NCBI GenBank assembly: GCA_009914755.4
Contig: CP086569.2
Span: 25,056,001 to 25,120,000 of the forward strand
Origin: the human T2T-CHM13v2.0 reference genome, Homo sapiens
DNA length: 64,000 nucleotides
Direction: 5' to 3'
Positions within the stretch are counted from its first letter, which is position 1. Each line of letters begins with the position of its first letter. The notes beneath the pieces are model-generated. The model saw nothing but the letters and a program-made list of their open reading frames with translations, was not told the DNA's origin and searched no databases. The position numbers were made by a program, and so were the translations under genes. Positions 1-13,312 of the stretch are shown piece by piece.

Positions 1-1032
1 AAAAGATGAACAGTAAAATATATAAGTTTTATTCCATCAAGTGTTTCATAGATTAGCTTTTCTCATAGCCATGTGATTCTGTGTGGTAAAATTAGTCCTG
101 TCCATCTCCACCTGAGGAGCAGCTAAGGTAACAATACTCCTGAAGTTTCCTTAGATGAGAAAAGAAACTATCTGCCAGGAAATAATATTCTGAAATGAAA
201 ACTTTCCTGCTGGACTAGAGTTTCCAATAAAGGTAACAGTTTGTCCTTCAGCCTCCATGGGCCCAAAAGTTATCATCCAGCAGGAAGTAATAAGGGAAGT
301 CATTAAGTTAATGGGGTACATGGATAAACAAATGCCCCAAGTCCCATACCAAAACTGTGACATAATTACATACCTTCACAGCATTTCAATATTTAAATAT
401 TAATAAATCATCTGCTTAAATATCTAAGCTTACTTTATTTCCTTTACACTGTACCGCTAAGGAGATTTACAAATATTTATATGAATTGTCATGATGTGTG
501 CTAGCATTTTTTTGTCATTTAAAAAATTGACAGATAGTCGTTTTTAATGTCATTTAAAAAATGATAGTCCATATACTGACGGACTACATAACATGTAAGT
601 ATTTAAACCTAACAAAACCTGGAACTAATAACACACAGTTAGGGAAGATATCAAAGTAATAGTCTGTCTAATAAATTCTTCTGTAATTTCAAAAATTAAT
701 TGTGTCATTTGTCTTCAGGACTGAGATTTTTTCTTTCCTTATGATTGCAAACACAGGCTTTCATTTCATTAACTATTATTTCCTTGATGTATCAATTGAG
801 AGTGATCTCATCAATTATCTAACAAATAATGAATTTCTTTTTATCTTTAGAAACATCACATTATTAACTTTTCTACAGTTAGATAGCACAAGCTCTGACT
901 TTAAAGTCTTAGCTGGACAAAGCCTTGGAAAATTAGATAAGGATGGGCACTGGGTGAACAGACTGAGAGATTACACATAAAATTCCTGAGACACCCAAGA
1001 GTCTGTGTCCCCACAATTGAAAGCAGACAAAA

Positions 1033-1276
1033 GTGCATCAGTTATTCTTTTACTTTATGATGATAGCCATTCCGACAGGTATGAGATGGTATCTCATTTT
1101 TCTTTCGATTTGCATTTCCTTAATTATCAATAATATTGAGTTTTTAAAAATAAGTTTGTTGGCCACCTGTGTGTCTTTCAAAAAGTGTCTGTTCACACTT
1201 CTCAAAATAAGTCATTTGTGCAGCCCACAGACATATGAATAAATGCTCATCATCACTGATCACTAGAGAAATGCAA
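1033..1276. mobile_element. Older L1 (LINE-1) ORF2-derived fragments: antisense piece about 1033-1230 plus a short sense piece 1236-1276
   Basis: 1040-1210 is a diverged copy of the L1 ORF2 segment also present at 1860-2010 (gccattc..gg.atgagatggtatctca..ttgatttgcatttc). 1236-1276 translates in sense as MNKCSSSLITREMQ, matching L1 ORF2 [14 protein letters not shown]. Confidence 0.5.
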
Positions 1277-4200
1277 ACAACCAAGGCATGGTGGTTTGCC
1301 GCACCCATCAACTCATCACCTAAATTTCCCCTAATGTTATCTCTACACTATCCCACCACCTGCCACCAGGTGATGTTTTTCTCCCTGTGTCCATATGTTC
1401 TCATTGTTCAACTCCCACTTAAAAATGAGAACACGTGGTGTTTGATTTTCTATGTCTGTGATAGTTTGCTGAGAATGATGGTTTCCAGCTTCATTCATGT
1501 CCCTGCAAAAGACATGAACTCATCCATTTTTATGGCTGCATACTATTCCATGGTGTATATGTGCCACATTTTCTTTATCCAGTCTATCACTGATGCACAT
1601 TTGGGTTGGTCCCAAGTCCTTGCTTCTGTGAATAGAGCTGTGATAAACATATGTGTGTGTGTGCCTTTATAGTAGAATGATTTATAGTACTTTGGTTATA
1701 TGCCCAGCAATGGCACTGCTGGGTCCAGTGGTTTTTCTAGTCCTAGCTCCTTGAAAAATCGCCACACTGTCTTCTACAACAGTTAAATAATTAACATTCC
1801 CACCCACACTGTGAAAGCATTCTATTTCTCTACGTCCTCTTCAGCATCTGCTGTTTTCTGAATTTGTACTGATCGCCATTCTAACTGGTATGAGGTGGTA
1901 TCTCACTTTGGTTTTGATTTATATTTCTCTAATAATGAGGGATGATGAGCATTTGTTCATATGTTTGTTGCCTGCATCAAAGTCTTCTTTTGAGAAGTGT
2001 CTGTTCATATCCTTTGCCCACTGTTTGATGAGGTTTTTTGCTTTTTTCTTGTAAACTTGTTTAATTTCCTTATAGATTCTGAATGTTAGCCTTTTTTCAG
2101 ATAGACAGATTACAAGACTTTTCACCCATTCTGTAGGTTGTCTGTTCACACTGATGATAGTTTATTTTGCTGTGCAGAAGCTCTTTTGTTTAATTAGGTC
2201 CTATTAGTCAATTTTGGCTTTTATTGCCATGGCTTTTGGTGTTTAAACATGAAGACTTTGCACATGCCTGTGTCCTGAATGGTATTGCCTGGGTTTTCTT
2301 CTAGGAATTTTATGATTTTAATTCTTACATTTAAGTCTTTATTCCATCTTTAGTTGACTTTGCATAAGGTGAAAGGATGGGGTCCAGTTTCTGTTATCTG
2401 CATATGGCTAGCCTGTTTTCCCAACACCATTTATTAAAGGGAAAATCTTTTCCCCATTGCCTGCTTGTTTCAAGATTGTCAAATATCACATGGTAGTAGA
2501 TGTCACATGGTAGTAGATGTGTGGTATTATTTCTGAGGCCACTGTTCTGTTCTATTGGTCTATATATCTGTTTCGGTACAAGTACCATGCTGTTTTGCTT
2601 ACTGTGGCCTTGTAATGTAGTTTGAAGTCAGGTAGCGTGATGCCTCCAGATTCATTCTTTTTGCTTAAGATTGTCTTGTCTATGCAGGCTCTTTTTTGGT
2701 TTCATTTGAACTTCAAAGTAGCTTTCTTTTTCCAATTATGTGAAGAAAATTAATGATAGCTTGATGATGATAGCATTGAATCTATAAATTACTTTGGGCA
2801 GTATGGCCATTTTTCCAATATTGATTCTTCTATCCATGAGCATGGAAGCTTTTTATTTTTCATCTCTTTTTATCTCTCTTATTTCCTTCAGCTGTGGTTT
2901 GAAGTTCTCCTTGAATAGGTTCTTCACATCCCTTGTTAGTTGTATTCCGAGGTATTTTATTCTCTTAGTAGCAATTGTGAATGGGAGTTTACTCATGATT
3001 TGTCTTTCTGTTCTCTCTTATTGTGTGTAGGAAAGCTTGTGATTTTTGCACATTGATTTTGAATCCTGAGGCTTAGCTGAAGTTGCTTACCAGCTTAAGG
3101 AGATTTTATGCTGAGATGATGGGTTTTCTAAGTGTACAATCATGTCATCTGCAAACAGAGACAATTTGACTTCCTCGCTTGTGATTTGAATGTCCCTTAT
3201 TTCTTTTTCTTCCCTGATTACCCTGGCCAGAAGCTTCAAATACTAGGTTGAATAAGAGTGGAGAGAGAGTGCATCCTTGTCTTGTACCAGTTTTCAAAGG
3301 GAATTCTTCCAGTTTTTGCCCATCAGTATATTGGCAGTGGGTTTGGCATAAGTAGCTCTTATTGTTTTGAGATATATTCTGTACATTTCTACTTTATTGA
3401 GAGTTTTTATCAAAAGCGGTGTTGAATTTTGATGAATGCCTTTTCTGCATCTATTGACATAATCATGTGGTTTTTGTCACTGGTTCTGTTTATTTGGTGC
3501 ATTAGGTTTATTGATTTGCATATGTTGAACCATCTTTGCATTTCAGGGATAAAGCTGACATGATCGTGGTGGATAAGCTTTATGATGTGCTGATGGATTC
3601 AGTTTGTCAGTATTTTATTGAGGATTTTCACATCAATGTTCATCAGGGATACTGGCCTGAAATTTTCTTTTTTGGTGTGTCTCTGCAGGGTTTTAGTATC
3701 AGGATGATGCTGGCCTCATAAAATGATTTATGGAGGATTTCCTCTTTTTGTATGGTTTGTAAAAATATCAGAAGGAATGCTACCTCTTTGTATCTCTGGT
3801 AGAATTCAGCTGTGAATCTGTCTGGTCCTGGATTTTCCTTGTTGGTAGGCTATCAGTTACTGCCTCAATTTCAGAACTTGTTAATGGTCTATTCATGGAT
3901 TTAACTTCTTCTTGGTTTACACTTGGGAGGGTGTATGTGTCCAGGAATTTATCCATTTCTTTTTGATGTTCAAGTTTATTTGCATAGAGCTGTTTATAGT
4001 ATTATCTGACAGTAGTTTGTATTTCTATGGGATCATTGGTGATATTCCCTATATCTTCTTTACTATTCTGGCTGGTGGTATATGTATTTTGTTGATATTT
4101 TCAAAACACCAGCTCATGGATTTATTGATTGTTGAAAGGATTTTCCGTCTCTGTCTCCTTCAGTTCTCCTCTGATCTTAGTTATTTCTTGTTTTCTGCTA

Positions 4201-5888
4201 GGTTTTGAATTCATTTACTGTTGCTTCATTTGTTCTTTTAAATTTGACGTTAAGGAGTCAGTTTTAGATCTTTCCTGCTTTCTCTTGTGGGCATTTAGTG
4301 CTATCAATTTTTCTCTACACACTGCTTTAAATGTGTGCCAGTGATTGTGATATGTTGTGTCTTCATTCTCATTGGTTTCAAAGAACATCTTTATTTCTGC
4401 CTATTTCGTTATTTATCCAGTAGGGATTTAGCAGCAGGCTGTTCAATTTATATGTAGTTTTGTGATTTTGAATGAGTTTCTTAATCCTGGGTTCTAATTT
4501 GATTGCACTGTGGTCTAGGAGGCTCTTTTTTATAATTTCCTTTTTTTTTGTATTTGCTAAGGAGTGTTTTAATTCTAATTATGTGGTCATATTTTGAATA
4601 CATGTTATGTGGCCCCTAGAAGAATGTAGATTCTGTTTATTTTTGGTGGATAGTTCTGTAGATATCTATCAGGTTTACTCAGTCCACAGCTGAGTTCAAG
4701 TCCTGAATATCCTTGTTAATTTTCTGTCTCATTATTTGCTGCTTGTTCTTTTCTCTGGAAGCTTCATCGCCAAGGGGCCCCTGTAAGATGCCAGCCAGTG
4801 CTCTGCTGTATGAGGTGTCTGTCAGCCCTTACTGGGAGGTGTCTCCAAGTCATAATACACAGAGGTCAGTGATCCACTTGAGAAGACAGTCTGACCATTA
4901 GCAGAGCTGGAACGCTGTGATGGGAGGTCTGCTGCTTTCTTCAGAGTCATCAGACAGGGATGTTGAAGTCTGCTGAAGCTGCATCCATAGCTACCCCTTC
5001 CCCCAGATGCTCTGTCCCAGGGAGAGGGGGGATTTATTTATAAGCCCCTGACTGGGGCTACTGCCATTTTTACAAAAATGCCCTAGCCAGAGAGGAAAAA
5101 TCTGGCAATCTGAACACATGAGCCTTGCTGGGCTGCAGTTGGCTTCACTAGTTCAAACTTCCCTGCAGCTTTGTTTACACTATGAGGGTATAAGGGCCTA
5201 CTCAAGTCTCAGCAATAGCGGATGCCCCTCCCCCACCAAGTTGGAGTATCCCAGGTTGATCTCAGACTGTTGCTTTGCTCACAGTGAGAATTTCAAGCCG
5301 GTGAACCTTAGTTTGCTTGCCTTCGTTGCGGGTGGCACCTAGTGAGCCAGACCACTTGGTTGCTTGGCCTCAGCACCCCTTTCCAGGGGAGTGAACAGTT
5401 CAGTATCCTTAGCATTCCAGGCACCACTGCGGTATGGAAAACAAACAAGGAAACCAAAAGACAAAAACAAACAAACAAAAAAAAACACTCCTGCATCTAG
5501 CTCAGTGTTTGTTCTAACAGCCTCCCCATTTTGTGCTTGAAACGCACAGCCCTTATGGAGTAGGCACCAAAGGGAGTCTCCTGTCTGCAGGTTGTGAAGA
5601 CCATAAGAGAGGCACATATGTGGAACGGGGCACGTGGCTAAGTCCCTCACAGCTTCCCTTGGGTAAATCAGAAAATTTCCCAACCCCTTTAGCTTCCCGG
5701 GTAAGGTGATGCCCCACCCTGCTTCAGCTCATGCTGCATGGGCTGCACCCACTGTCCAACCAGTCCCAATAAGAGGAACAGTGTACCTCAGCTGGTAGTG
5801 CAGGAATCACTCAACTTCTGCATCGATCTCTCTGGGAGCTGAAGTCTTGAGCTCTTTTTATTCAGCCATCTTGCCAGCAATCCCCCCC
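1277..5888 (-). mobile_element. L1 (LINE-1, older L1PA/L1PB-type) on minus strand, internally deleted: 3'UTR and ORF2 antisense 1277-4740 joined directly to 5'UTR antisense 4740-5888
   Basis: Antisense 3'UTR motif at 1277-1420 (ccgcacccatcaactcatcacc...ccatatgttctcattgttcaactccc). Minus-strand ORFs give ORF2 C-terminal peptides (1919..2149: [33 protein letters not shown]). 4745-5888 is homologous to L1 5'UTR antisense seen at 49287-50293 and 57118-57900. The 5' end ttattcagccatcttgccagcaatccccc is the reverse complement of the L1 start ggggg..gccaagatggctgaataa. Confidence 0.85.
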
Positions 5889-6069
5889 ATTTTTTTAAAA
5901 TTTTAATGGTGAAGGAGGCATTAACTGGAAATGTAAAACTATGCAAATTCTAGAAGAAAGCACAAAAAGAAATTTATGTGATCTTGGGTTTGGTCAAAAG
6001 TTTTAACAAATGATACCAAAGCCGACCAGTAATGGTAAAAAATAATTAATAATTTGTTTTCTTATATTA

Positions 6070-6460
6070 AATGTTTATACTCTGAGCAAGATCTTGTTCA
6101 GGAAATAGAAAGATAAGCAACAGACTGAAAAAAAAATCTGCAAAATACAGATCTAAGCGAGAATTTGCACTGAAAATACACAAATCTTGAAACTTAAAAA
6201 TAAGATTGATTACCCAATTAATAAGGTGTAAAGAGCTGAACTCACCAATGAAAATACACAGATGGCAAGCAAACAATAAGATGCTCAAACTCATATATCT
6301 ATAAGGGACTGAAAATTACAACAATGAGTTAGCATGGCCCAACTGTATTTGCTGGAACTGATAAACCATTTTTAAAACATGACAAATGATTTGCTGGAGG
6401 AAAAACAGGAATTCATTCATTGCTTGTGGAATGTATGATGGTATCGAAAAAAATAACTCT
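6070..6460 (+). mobile_element. Ancient L1M-type (L1MA/L1MB-like) ORF2 C-terminal fragment
   Basis: Matches the mammalian L1M consensus segment acagactgggagaaaatatttgcaaaacacatatctgat...gaagatatacagatggcaaataagcacatgaaaagatgctcaacatcat...gctggtgggaatgtaaaatggtac in diverged form (gaaaatacacagatggcaagcaaacaataagatgctcaaactcat...ttgctggaggaaaaacagg...gtggaatgtatgatggtatc). Confidence 0.5.
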
Positions 6461-7078
6461 TTCTAATTCTCAAATTAATCTGAAAGCCTGTTTCTCTCTT
6501 TTACCATGCACAGAAGGAGTTATCTGGTCTACCTTTTGATGACAGACCCAAGATCTAATATAATCTGTGCATCTGGCAGCAGCCACTGGGATCCAGGCAG
6601 AAAGAAGATGGGCCCCACAGTCAAAATCATCTAAGATCTTTTTAATAGAGAGTGACTTATGCAGGTTACCCACAAAGGATGGCAGAGTTCCCGGGGATAG
6701 TAACAGGAACACACTCTCAGCAGTCCTTGGGAATGGAGACATTAACTCAACCTGAAATTTAAAAGGAAAATTTACATTTGAATGTTGACTTTATAGTGCT
6801 GCAAAAGTAAAATATGGCAGGCTCCTTTAAGTATAGTGCCACAATTTAACTAAGGTCACCAAACAGATGTCTGAACCTCTGCAAAAAGACCCAAACTACA
6901 GTAGCAGAAATTGCCTTCTGCACTACAGTTGGGACAGAGGAAGTTTTATGGACCACATCTCATGAAGCAAGTGCTTCTAAGATTATCACCCCATTTTTGA
7001 GAGGCAACGAAGGACCTAACAACAAGCTCTCATCATAGCAATATAAATTTGATTCAAATATGAAAAGGTAAGGTAAAA

Positions 7079-7210
7079 CTGGCCAGTCATGGTAGCTCCT
7101 GCCTGTAACTCCAGCAATTTGGGAGGCAAAGATAATAGGAATATTTGATTTCAGAAGTTCCAGACCACCTTGGGCAACATGGAAAAACCCCATCTCTACT
7201 AAAAATACAG
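7079..7210 (+). mobile_element. Alu left-monomer-like element (FLAM-type) with A-rich tail
   Basis: ggccagtcatggtagctcctgcctgtaactccagcaatttgggaggc...gttccagaccaccttgggcaacatggaaaaaccccatctctactaaaaatac. Confidence 0.7.
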
Positions 7211-7500
7211 CAGGGCACTGTGGCTCAGGCCTGTAATCCCAGAACACTGGAAAATCATTATGGGCAAATCGCTTGAGGTCAAAAATTCGAGACCAGCCCA
7301 GCCAACATGGTGAAACCACACCTCTACTAAAACTACAAATATTAGCTGGGCATGGTACTGGGGTGTCTGTATTCCCAGCTACCCAGGAGGTTGAAGCAGG
7401 AGAATCATTTGAACTCGAGCACAGTGGTTGCAGTGAGCCCAGTTCGCGTCATTACACTCAATCCTGGACAACAGAATGAGACTCCATCTTAAAAAATAAA
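7211..7500 (+). mobile_element. Alu SINE (full dimer) with A-tail
   Basis: gcactgtggctcaggcctgtaatcccag...gagaccagcccagccaacatggtgaaacc...gctgggcatggtactgg...gcagtgagcc...gagactccatcttaaaaaataaaaaag. Confidence 0.9.
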
Positions 7501-7544
7501 AAAGAAAGAGAGTAAAAAAAAAAGAAATAGATAATTTGCTTCAT

Positions 7545-7700
7545 GTGGTGGGGCATGGCTATTATCCCAGGTTCTTGGGAGGTGGAAACACAAGAATTGC
7601 TTGAACCTAGGAGGTGATGATTATAGTGAGCCGAGAGCACACTAGTGCACTCCAGGCTGAATGACAGAATGAGATTCAGTCTCAAAAAAAAAAAAAAAAC
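7545..7700 (+). mobile_element. Alu right-monomer-like fragment (FRAM-type) with poly-A
   Basis: gtggtggggcatggctattatcccaggttcttgggaggtgg...tagtgagccgagagcacactagtgcactccaggctgaatgacagaatgagattcagtctcaaaaaaaaaaaaaaaa. Confidence 0.75.
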
Positions 7701-10700
7701 CACAAACAAAACATAACGTTTTGTGTAGTGCTTTTCTAGTATATCTCATATTTGAGTATGAAGGCAGAGAAAGTTCTCACATTAAGTTAAACTTGCAAAA
7801 ATAAACTTTATATTTAAAATATTTTAAGTGCCTCAAGTTCCAGCATCATCTTCAGATAGCAAGCACAAGAATAAACAGAAAAATAGAGAAGCAATGGCAT
7901 GTGATAAGTGCAACTCATTTTGTTTTAATCTGTGAGATAACACTGTAATGACAGAAATTTTTAGCTGCTGCTGATGCAAGAGAGAACAGGTTTATGTAGA
8001 AATAAACTAATAATATTGGTCACCTGCTATGATCTAGGCACATAAGTTAGCTCACTGAATTCCCTCATCAACCATATACTGTGGAAAATATCCTAGAGTT
8101 TATTACTGAGGAATATGGAGTCAAAGGGCCTGCCCAAAGGCACACAAGCCATTGGACAAACAGATAGGATTCAAGAAGGACTCTAAGACTCAAAGCACTA
8201 TCTACACTTTCCTATATGATGTTGATTGAAATTAAGAACTATTGAGTTAACTTTAGTCATCCCCCTCTTTGCCATAGAAATGGCAGTTTATACATCTATA
8301 GAGGAAGATTTTGGATAAATTATGTATGACTAAAATTTTATATATTGCTTAAAATCTATTTCAAAAAATACGCTAAATTATTATATCAACTTATTACAGA
8401 AAAATTACAGATTGATTGAGTTCCTCCTTTTTTGGATTAATAACTATGAGCTCCTCTTGCAAGTAAACAGCTTTTCCTGAAAGAAAGAGCCTTTTAAACA
8501 CTATAATGTTTTCCTAGTGAATACAAAAGCTATTTAGTATTTATGGCCAGTATGTCAGACTTAATGACCATTATTTTATAATATGAAATAGCCTGTGTAG
8601 GGGACAAAACTTTCACAGGCACGTAAGAAATAAGCCCTGCTACCTAACAGGTGATGTGAAGCTATAACTGTCATCTATGTGGTGAAATTCCACCATCTAC
8701 ACCTGCTAACCAGAGAGGTTTTAACTTCCTTGAAGAAGATCTCTCTGTTACTATATTGTAAAAGACAACATTGTTATTTTATTGTAGGTATTACTTTGTT
8801 ATTTTCATTTTATTTAACTTGAATCTATGTAGATATATTATTAAAGCATAATTTGTTATATAGATGATGGTAGTAATTTATAAAAGAAGGGTTAGTCTCC
8901 ACAAGATAGTAGTAAAAGGGGAAGCCACACACTGGGTGTCTGGACAACATCAAATAACCACTCTTGGTGTACTCCCAATAGTCTAATTGAAAATTCCAAC
9001 AAAACGTCACCTCTCCTTACAGGCAATTTCCTAGAAATATATTGAAATGTAAATTATCTGAAGATTGGGAAATTACTCACCTTCCAGTCTCAAGGGCAAT
9101 ATATACAAGAATTCGGAAGGTTATATATAAAGTAAAAATATTATAAATAAAAAATATATTAGAAGCCAATGAAATAAGAAGCTATGTCACAGGAGACAGA
9201 GAAGTTAGAAAATTTTTCATAAGTGAAATACAAGGTATCTCATGGTGAAAAGTAATATGTGCCAGAGGCAATAAGTTACTGCCAAATTCTTGATAATTAC
9301 TGATTTATCAAAATATATTGAAATAAACTTTAGGAAAATATACAGAAAAAATAACTGGCCTTTCTGATTATATAAAATATTAAAAATAATGGTTTGTCGA
9401 AAGGCAGTGAAGACAATTTTTTTTAATTTTACATAATTAAAATTAAAAAAAGTGAACTATCAAAGAGACAATTAAGCATAAGCTATGTTTTTTAAAATAT
9501 AAAACAGACTCAAATTGGGAAGATAATAACCTGTATCAAAACTGAAAACTACGGCTTCTTACCCCACCCAAACCTCACCTTTATTCTTCCTTTGCTCTTC
9601 AATCAGTCAGTTAGTTCTAATGATGTAGTCATCCATTAATTCAAGTTGATACCTGAGAATAAGAACAATTAAATACAAGTTTCACAGTTACCTTTCCAAA
9701 AAGACGTTTATCAATGCAGAAGCTTATCTATGGTACAGGTGCACCTGAGGGCACTGAACACGACATTGTGTGAACTTCAAAGTCCCTAAGTACTAAAGCC
9801 TGGGATATGACTTTCAAACATAAAATGTACAGTAAAACCCTGCCTTCATGTTATAAATCACAATCATACAAAATGGAGGGCTATGTTGTCATAAGGCTAC
9901 TGAAACCATCGTTTTCCTCTTGGTCTCAACTGACCCAAAGAGCATGGAAGAAAATTAAATTTACACAGCACACAACAGACTCAATATCAAATGATAATTA
10001 GACAGTCACTTTCAACCCACCTGTACTATCTGCCCAGCACAAACAAATGTAAGGACTTCTGTGCCCAGGGACCAAGCATGGTCCGGGGAAGCAGGTGCTA
10101 AGAGTATTATATCTGAATTAGTGATACCCAAAGGTACATTTTCACGGTTTTACTTTTCTATCCCAGACTTTAGAAGCTGCCTTTTGATTCCAAAAGTATA
10201 AAGAAACACTCCTGTGGTGAACAGTCCCCAAACTCCAACACTTGCCAAAGTCATACGAGAACTCCCAAAGCCAGAAAGACACCATGCAGGCCATGGAAGC
10301 TGTCACAATGATACCAAATAGTTGACTAGCTCCATAACTATATAAAATTAACAAACATATTTTAATACATGTTTTCCTAAAAATTCAGTAACTACAAAAA
10401 CTTCATATTAGCTACTTTAATATAGAAACTGACAAAAAATTGGGTGAAATGCATCAATTTCATAAGTAAAAAATAATGTTTGTCATGGTTAGGAGTAATA
10501 TGTACCAGAGGCAATAAGCTGCTGCCAACTTCTTGACAACTACAGATAAATCAAAATGTATTGAGAAGATATTGGAAATTCAGAATCTATTAAAAACACT
10601 TTTTTAAAATAGACTTTTTATATAGAATAATCTCAAGAAATCTTTGCAAGTTCTGTGTAATGGAATATTGATGATAAATTATGAAGTAGGCAATAAAAAG

Positions 10701-11957
10701 AGGCCAAATAAATGACCAGAGCACCTGAGTTGAGTCATTTCCTCCTGATACATTAACAGCAAATATTAACTGTGTACCTTTTATGTGTCAGATGCTTTCG
10801 AACCCATTGAAAAGTTATGACATGGGCATAATGTCTTAGCACTGAGGTATTACTCACTGATACGCAAGATCAGAGAAAAGAAAAGCCAAGGTAACCATAG
10901 TTGTCCATATTTTCCTTTTCCTATATCAATATTTGCCTCACATAGTTAATTTTAGCTCTTTTCCTTTGATTATGGCTTTGCAGAATCATGAAGCAATACA
11001 AGGCACATGTTCACTGACAAACAATCTGACCACTAAGTGTAATTTATACATTGTTAGATAGCCCCATCTTTGTGGCAGTATGAGGGGGGTAGGGGAAAAG
11101 TTAACTGAAAGTGATTACAATTCAAACTTTACAACTTATCAACTATGCAACCTCAGCAAGTCACAACGTGCCATTAAATTTAAAGCAAATCACCACCGTC
11201 GATAAATATTTGAGAAGCCATGAGTAAGAAGAACAGAGGATGTGCTTTTCCATACCTTATCTTTTAAAAGCTACCCTAACTCAAACGCAGGAAAGTATTG
11301 GTTATTAATAAACATATGCATTTTTTAAACACTAAAGTTTCCATAAAATGTTAATCATAGACTACTTCCTTAGTGTTTATTGTGTTTCTACCAATGTAAT
11401 TTAAACCTTTTACTTCTTTAAATGTGCCAAACAATTACTTTAGAAGTTTGTTTTTTAGCTTTCGGTCATAGGTCTCATCAAGACACTTTGTATTCTGCTC
11501 CCATCTCCTAAGTCCTCAGTCATGCTTTTAGGTTTTTCTTGCTGGAGTTTCTGGGTTCTGAAATTAGCGAGAAACATAAAGTAAATAAACTATAATAGCT
11601 GAGTTAACAAATTTAGGAAAAACATCACGTGACATGGTTTTAGTTCAACAGACTAAAACTGCTACATGACAATTACTACTGGGAAGTAGAAGAAAAGAGC
11701 CAGAAGTCCTCAGTGTATTTTATGAACTGACCTAATTACAGTGTGTTGAAACTAGCAGAAGCAGTGGGCTGCGGCATATAACTGAGAAGAGTGAGAGGAT
11801 CTCTGACTGAGGGGAGTCGGAGAGTCTCAAGAAAGAAGTGGTTTCTCATAGACCATAATTAATACTTAAACAATAGTTAAAGGTGATAAATTGTCCAAAT
11901 CAATTCTGAGATGAAAGAATAATACTATTAGTTACAAAGTAATAAAAGTGCACTTAC

Positions 11958-12257
11958 GGCCTGGGAGCTGTGGCTTATGCCTGTAATCCCAGCACTTCAG
12001 GAGGCCAAGGCATGTGGATCACCTCAGGATGAGTTCAAGACCAGCCTGGCCAAAATGGAGAAAGCCTATCTCTACTAAAAATACAAAATTAGCCAGGCAT
12101 AGTGTCACATGCCTGTAATCCCAGCTAGTCAAGAGGCTGAGGAAGAAGAATCCCTTGAATCCAAGAGGCAGATTTCACAGTGAACTGAGATTGCACCATT
12201 GTACTCCAGCCTGGGCAACAAGAGCAAAACTCCACCTCTAAAAAAAAAAAAAAAAAG
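11958..12257 (+). mobile_element. Alu SINE with poly-A tail
   Basis: ggcctgggagctgtggcttatgcctgtaatcccagcacttcaggaggccaagg...ccagcctgggcaacaagagcaaaactccacctctaaaaaaaaaaaaaaaaa. Confidence 0.92.
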
Positions 12258-12380
12258 TGTACCTATGTATTTGAATCGTCTATAACGCTGTCTGTAACTC
12301 TGGAATTTAATTAATTATCTCATAGATATTTAAGGTACAATGTTTGTTTTTCTCACTTAATAGTCTATCAGCTTTAGTCA

Positions 12381-12505
12381 AGTGTGGTGGCCTTCCACTA
12401 TAATCCCAGTTTTGCAGAATGCTGAGGCAGGAGAATCACATGAACCCAAGAATTTCAGACGAGCCTGGACAACATAGAACATCGTGTCTCTTAAAACCAA
12501 AACAT
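12381..12505 (+). mobile_element. Alu monomer fragment (FLAM-like)
   Basis: agtgtggtggccttccactataatcccagttttgcagaatgctgaggcaggagaatcacatgaacccaagaatttcagacgagcctggacaacatagaacatcgtgtctc. Confidence 0.65.
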
Positions 12506-12734
12506 CACCAACAAAAAAACCCTACAAAACAAAAAACTGTTGATGGAATACTGATCAAGTGCCAAAAGAGACAGAAACAGAAAGACGGGTCACTCAGGGC
12601 TTCCAAATACTGAAGAATAAAATGATCTTCATAGTAAGACTTCAAATCACCCATTGCAGCAATTCCCAAACCCAGGGAGATGGATTCACAAATGATGAGA
12701 TCCAGCCATCCTGAGAAGTACTGCAAAATACTGA

Positions 12735-13312
12735 CTAGTCTGAGATTTGACCCCGCCATCCCATTACTGGGTATATACCCAAAGGACTATAAATCATGCT
12801 GCTATAAAGACACATGCACATGTATGTTTATTGCGGCATTATTCACAATAGCAAAGACTTGCAACCAACCCAAATGTCCAACAATGATAGACTGGATTAA
12901 GAAAATGTGGCACATATACACCATGGAATACTATGTAGCCATAAAAAATGATGAGTTCATGTCCTTTGTAGGGACATGGATGAAACTGGAAATCATCATT
13001 CTCAGTAAACTATCAGAAGAACAAAAAACCAAACACCGCATATTCTCACTCATAGGTGGGAATTGAACAATGAGAACACATGGACACAGGAAAGGGAACA
13101 TCACACTCTGGGAACAGTTTTGGGGTGGGGGGAGGGGGGAGGCATAGCACTGGGAGATATACCTAATGCTAGATGACGAGTTAGTGGGTGCAGCGCACCA
13201 GCATGGCACATTAATACATATGTAACTAACCTGCACATTGTGCACATGTACCCTAAAACTTAAAGTATAATAATAATAAAGAAAAAGAAAAAAAAAAAGA
13301 AAAAAAAAAGGA
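12735..13312 (+). mobile_element. 5'-truncated L1PA-type L1: 3' end of ORF2 plus 3'UTR plus poly-A
   Basis: ORF 12680..13066 translates as [106 protein letters not shown], the L1 ORF2 C-terminus. The 3'UTR ends acctgcacattgtgcacatgtaccctaaaacttaaagtataataataataaag followed by A-rich tail. Confidence 0.92.
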
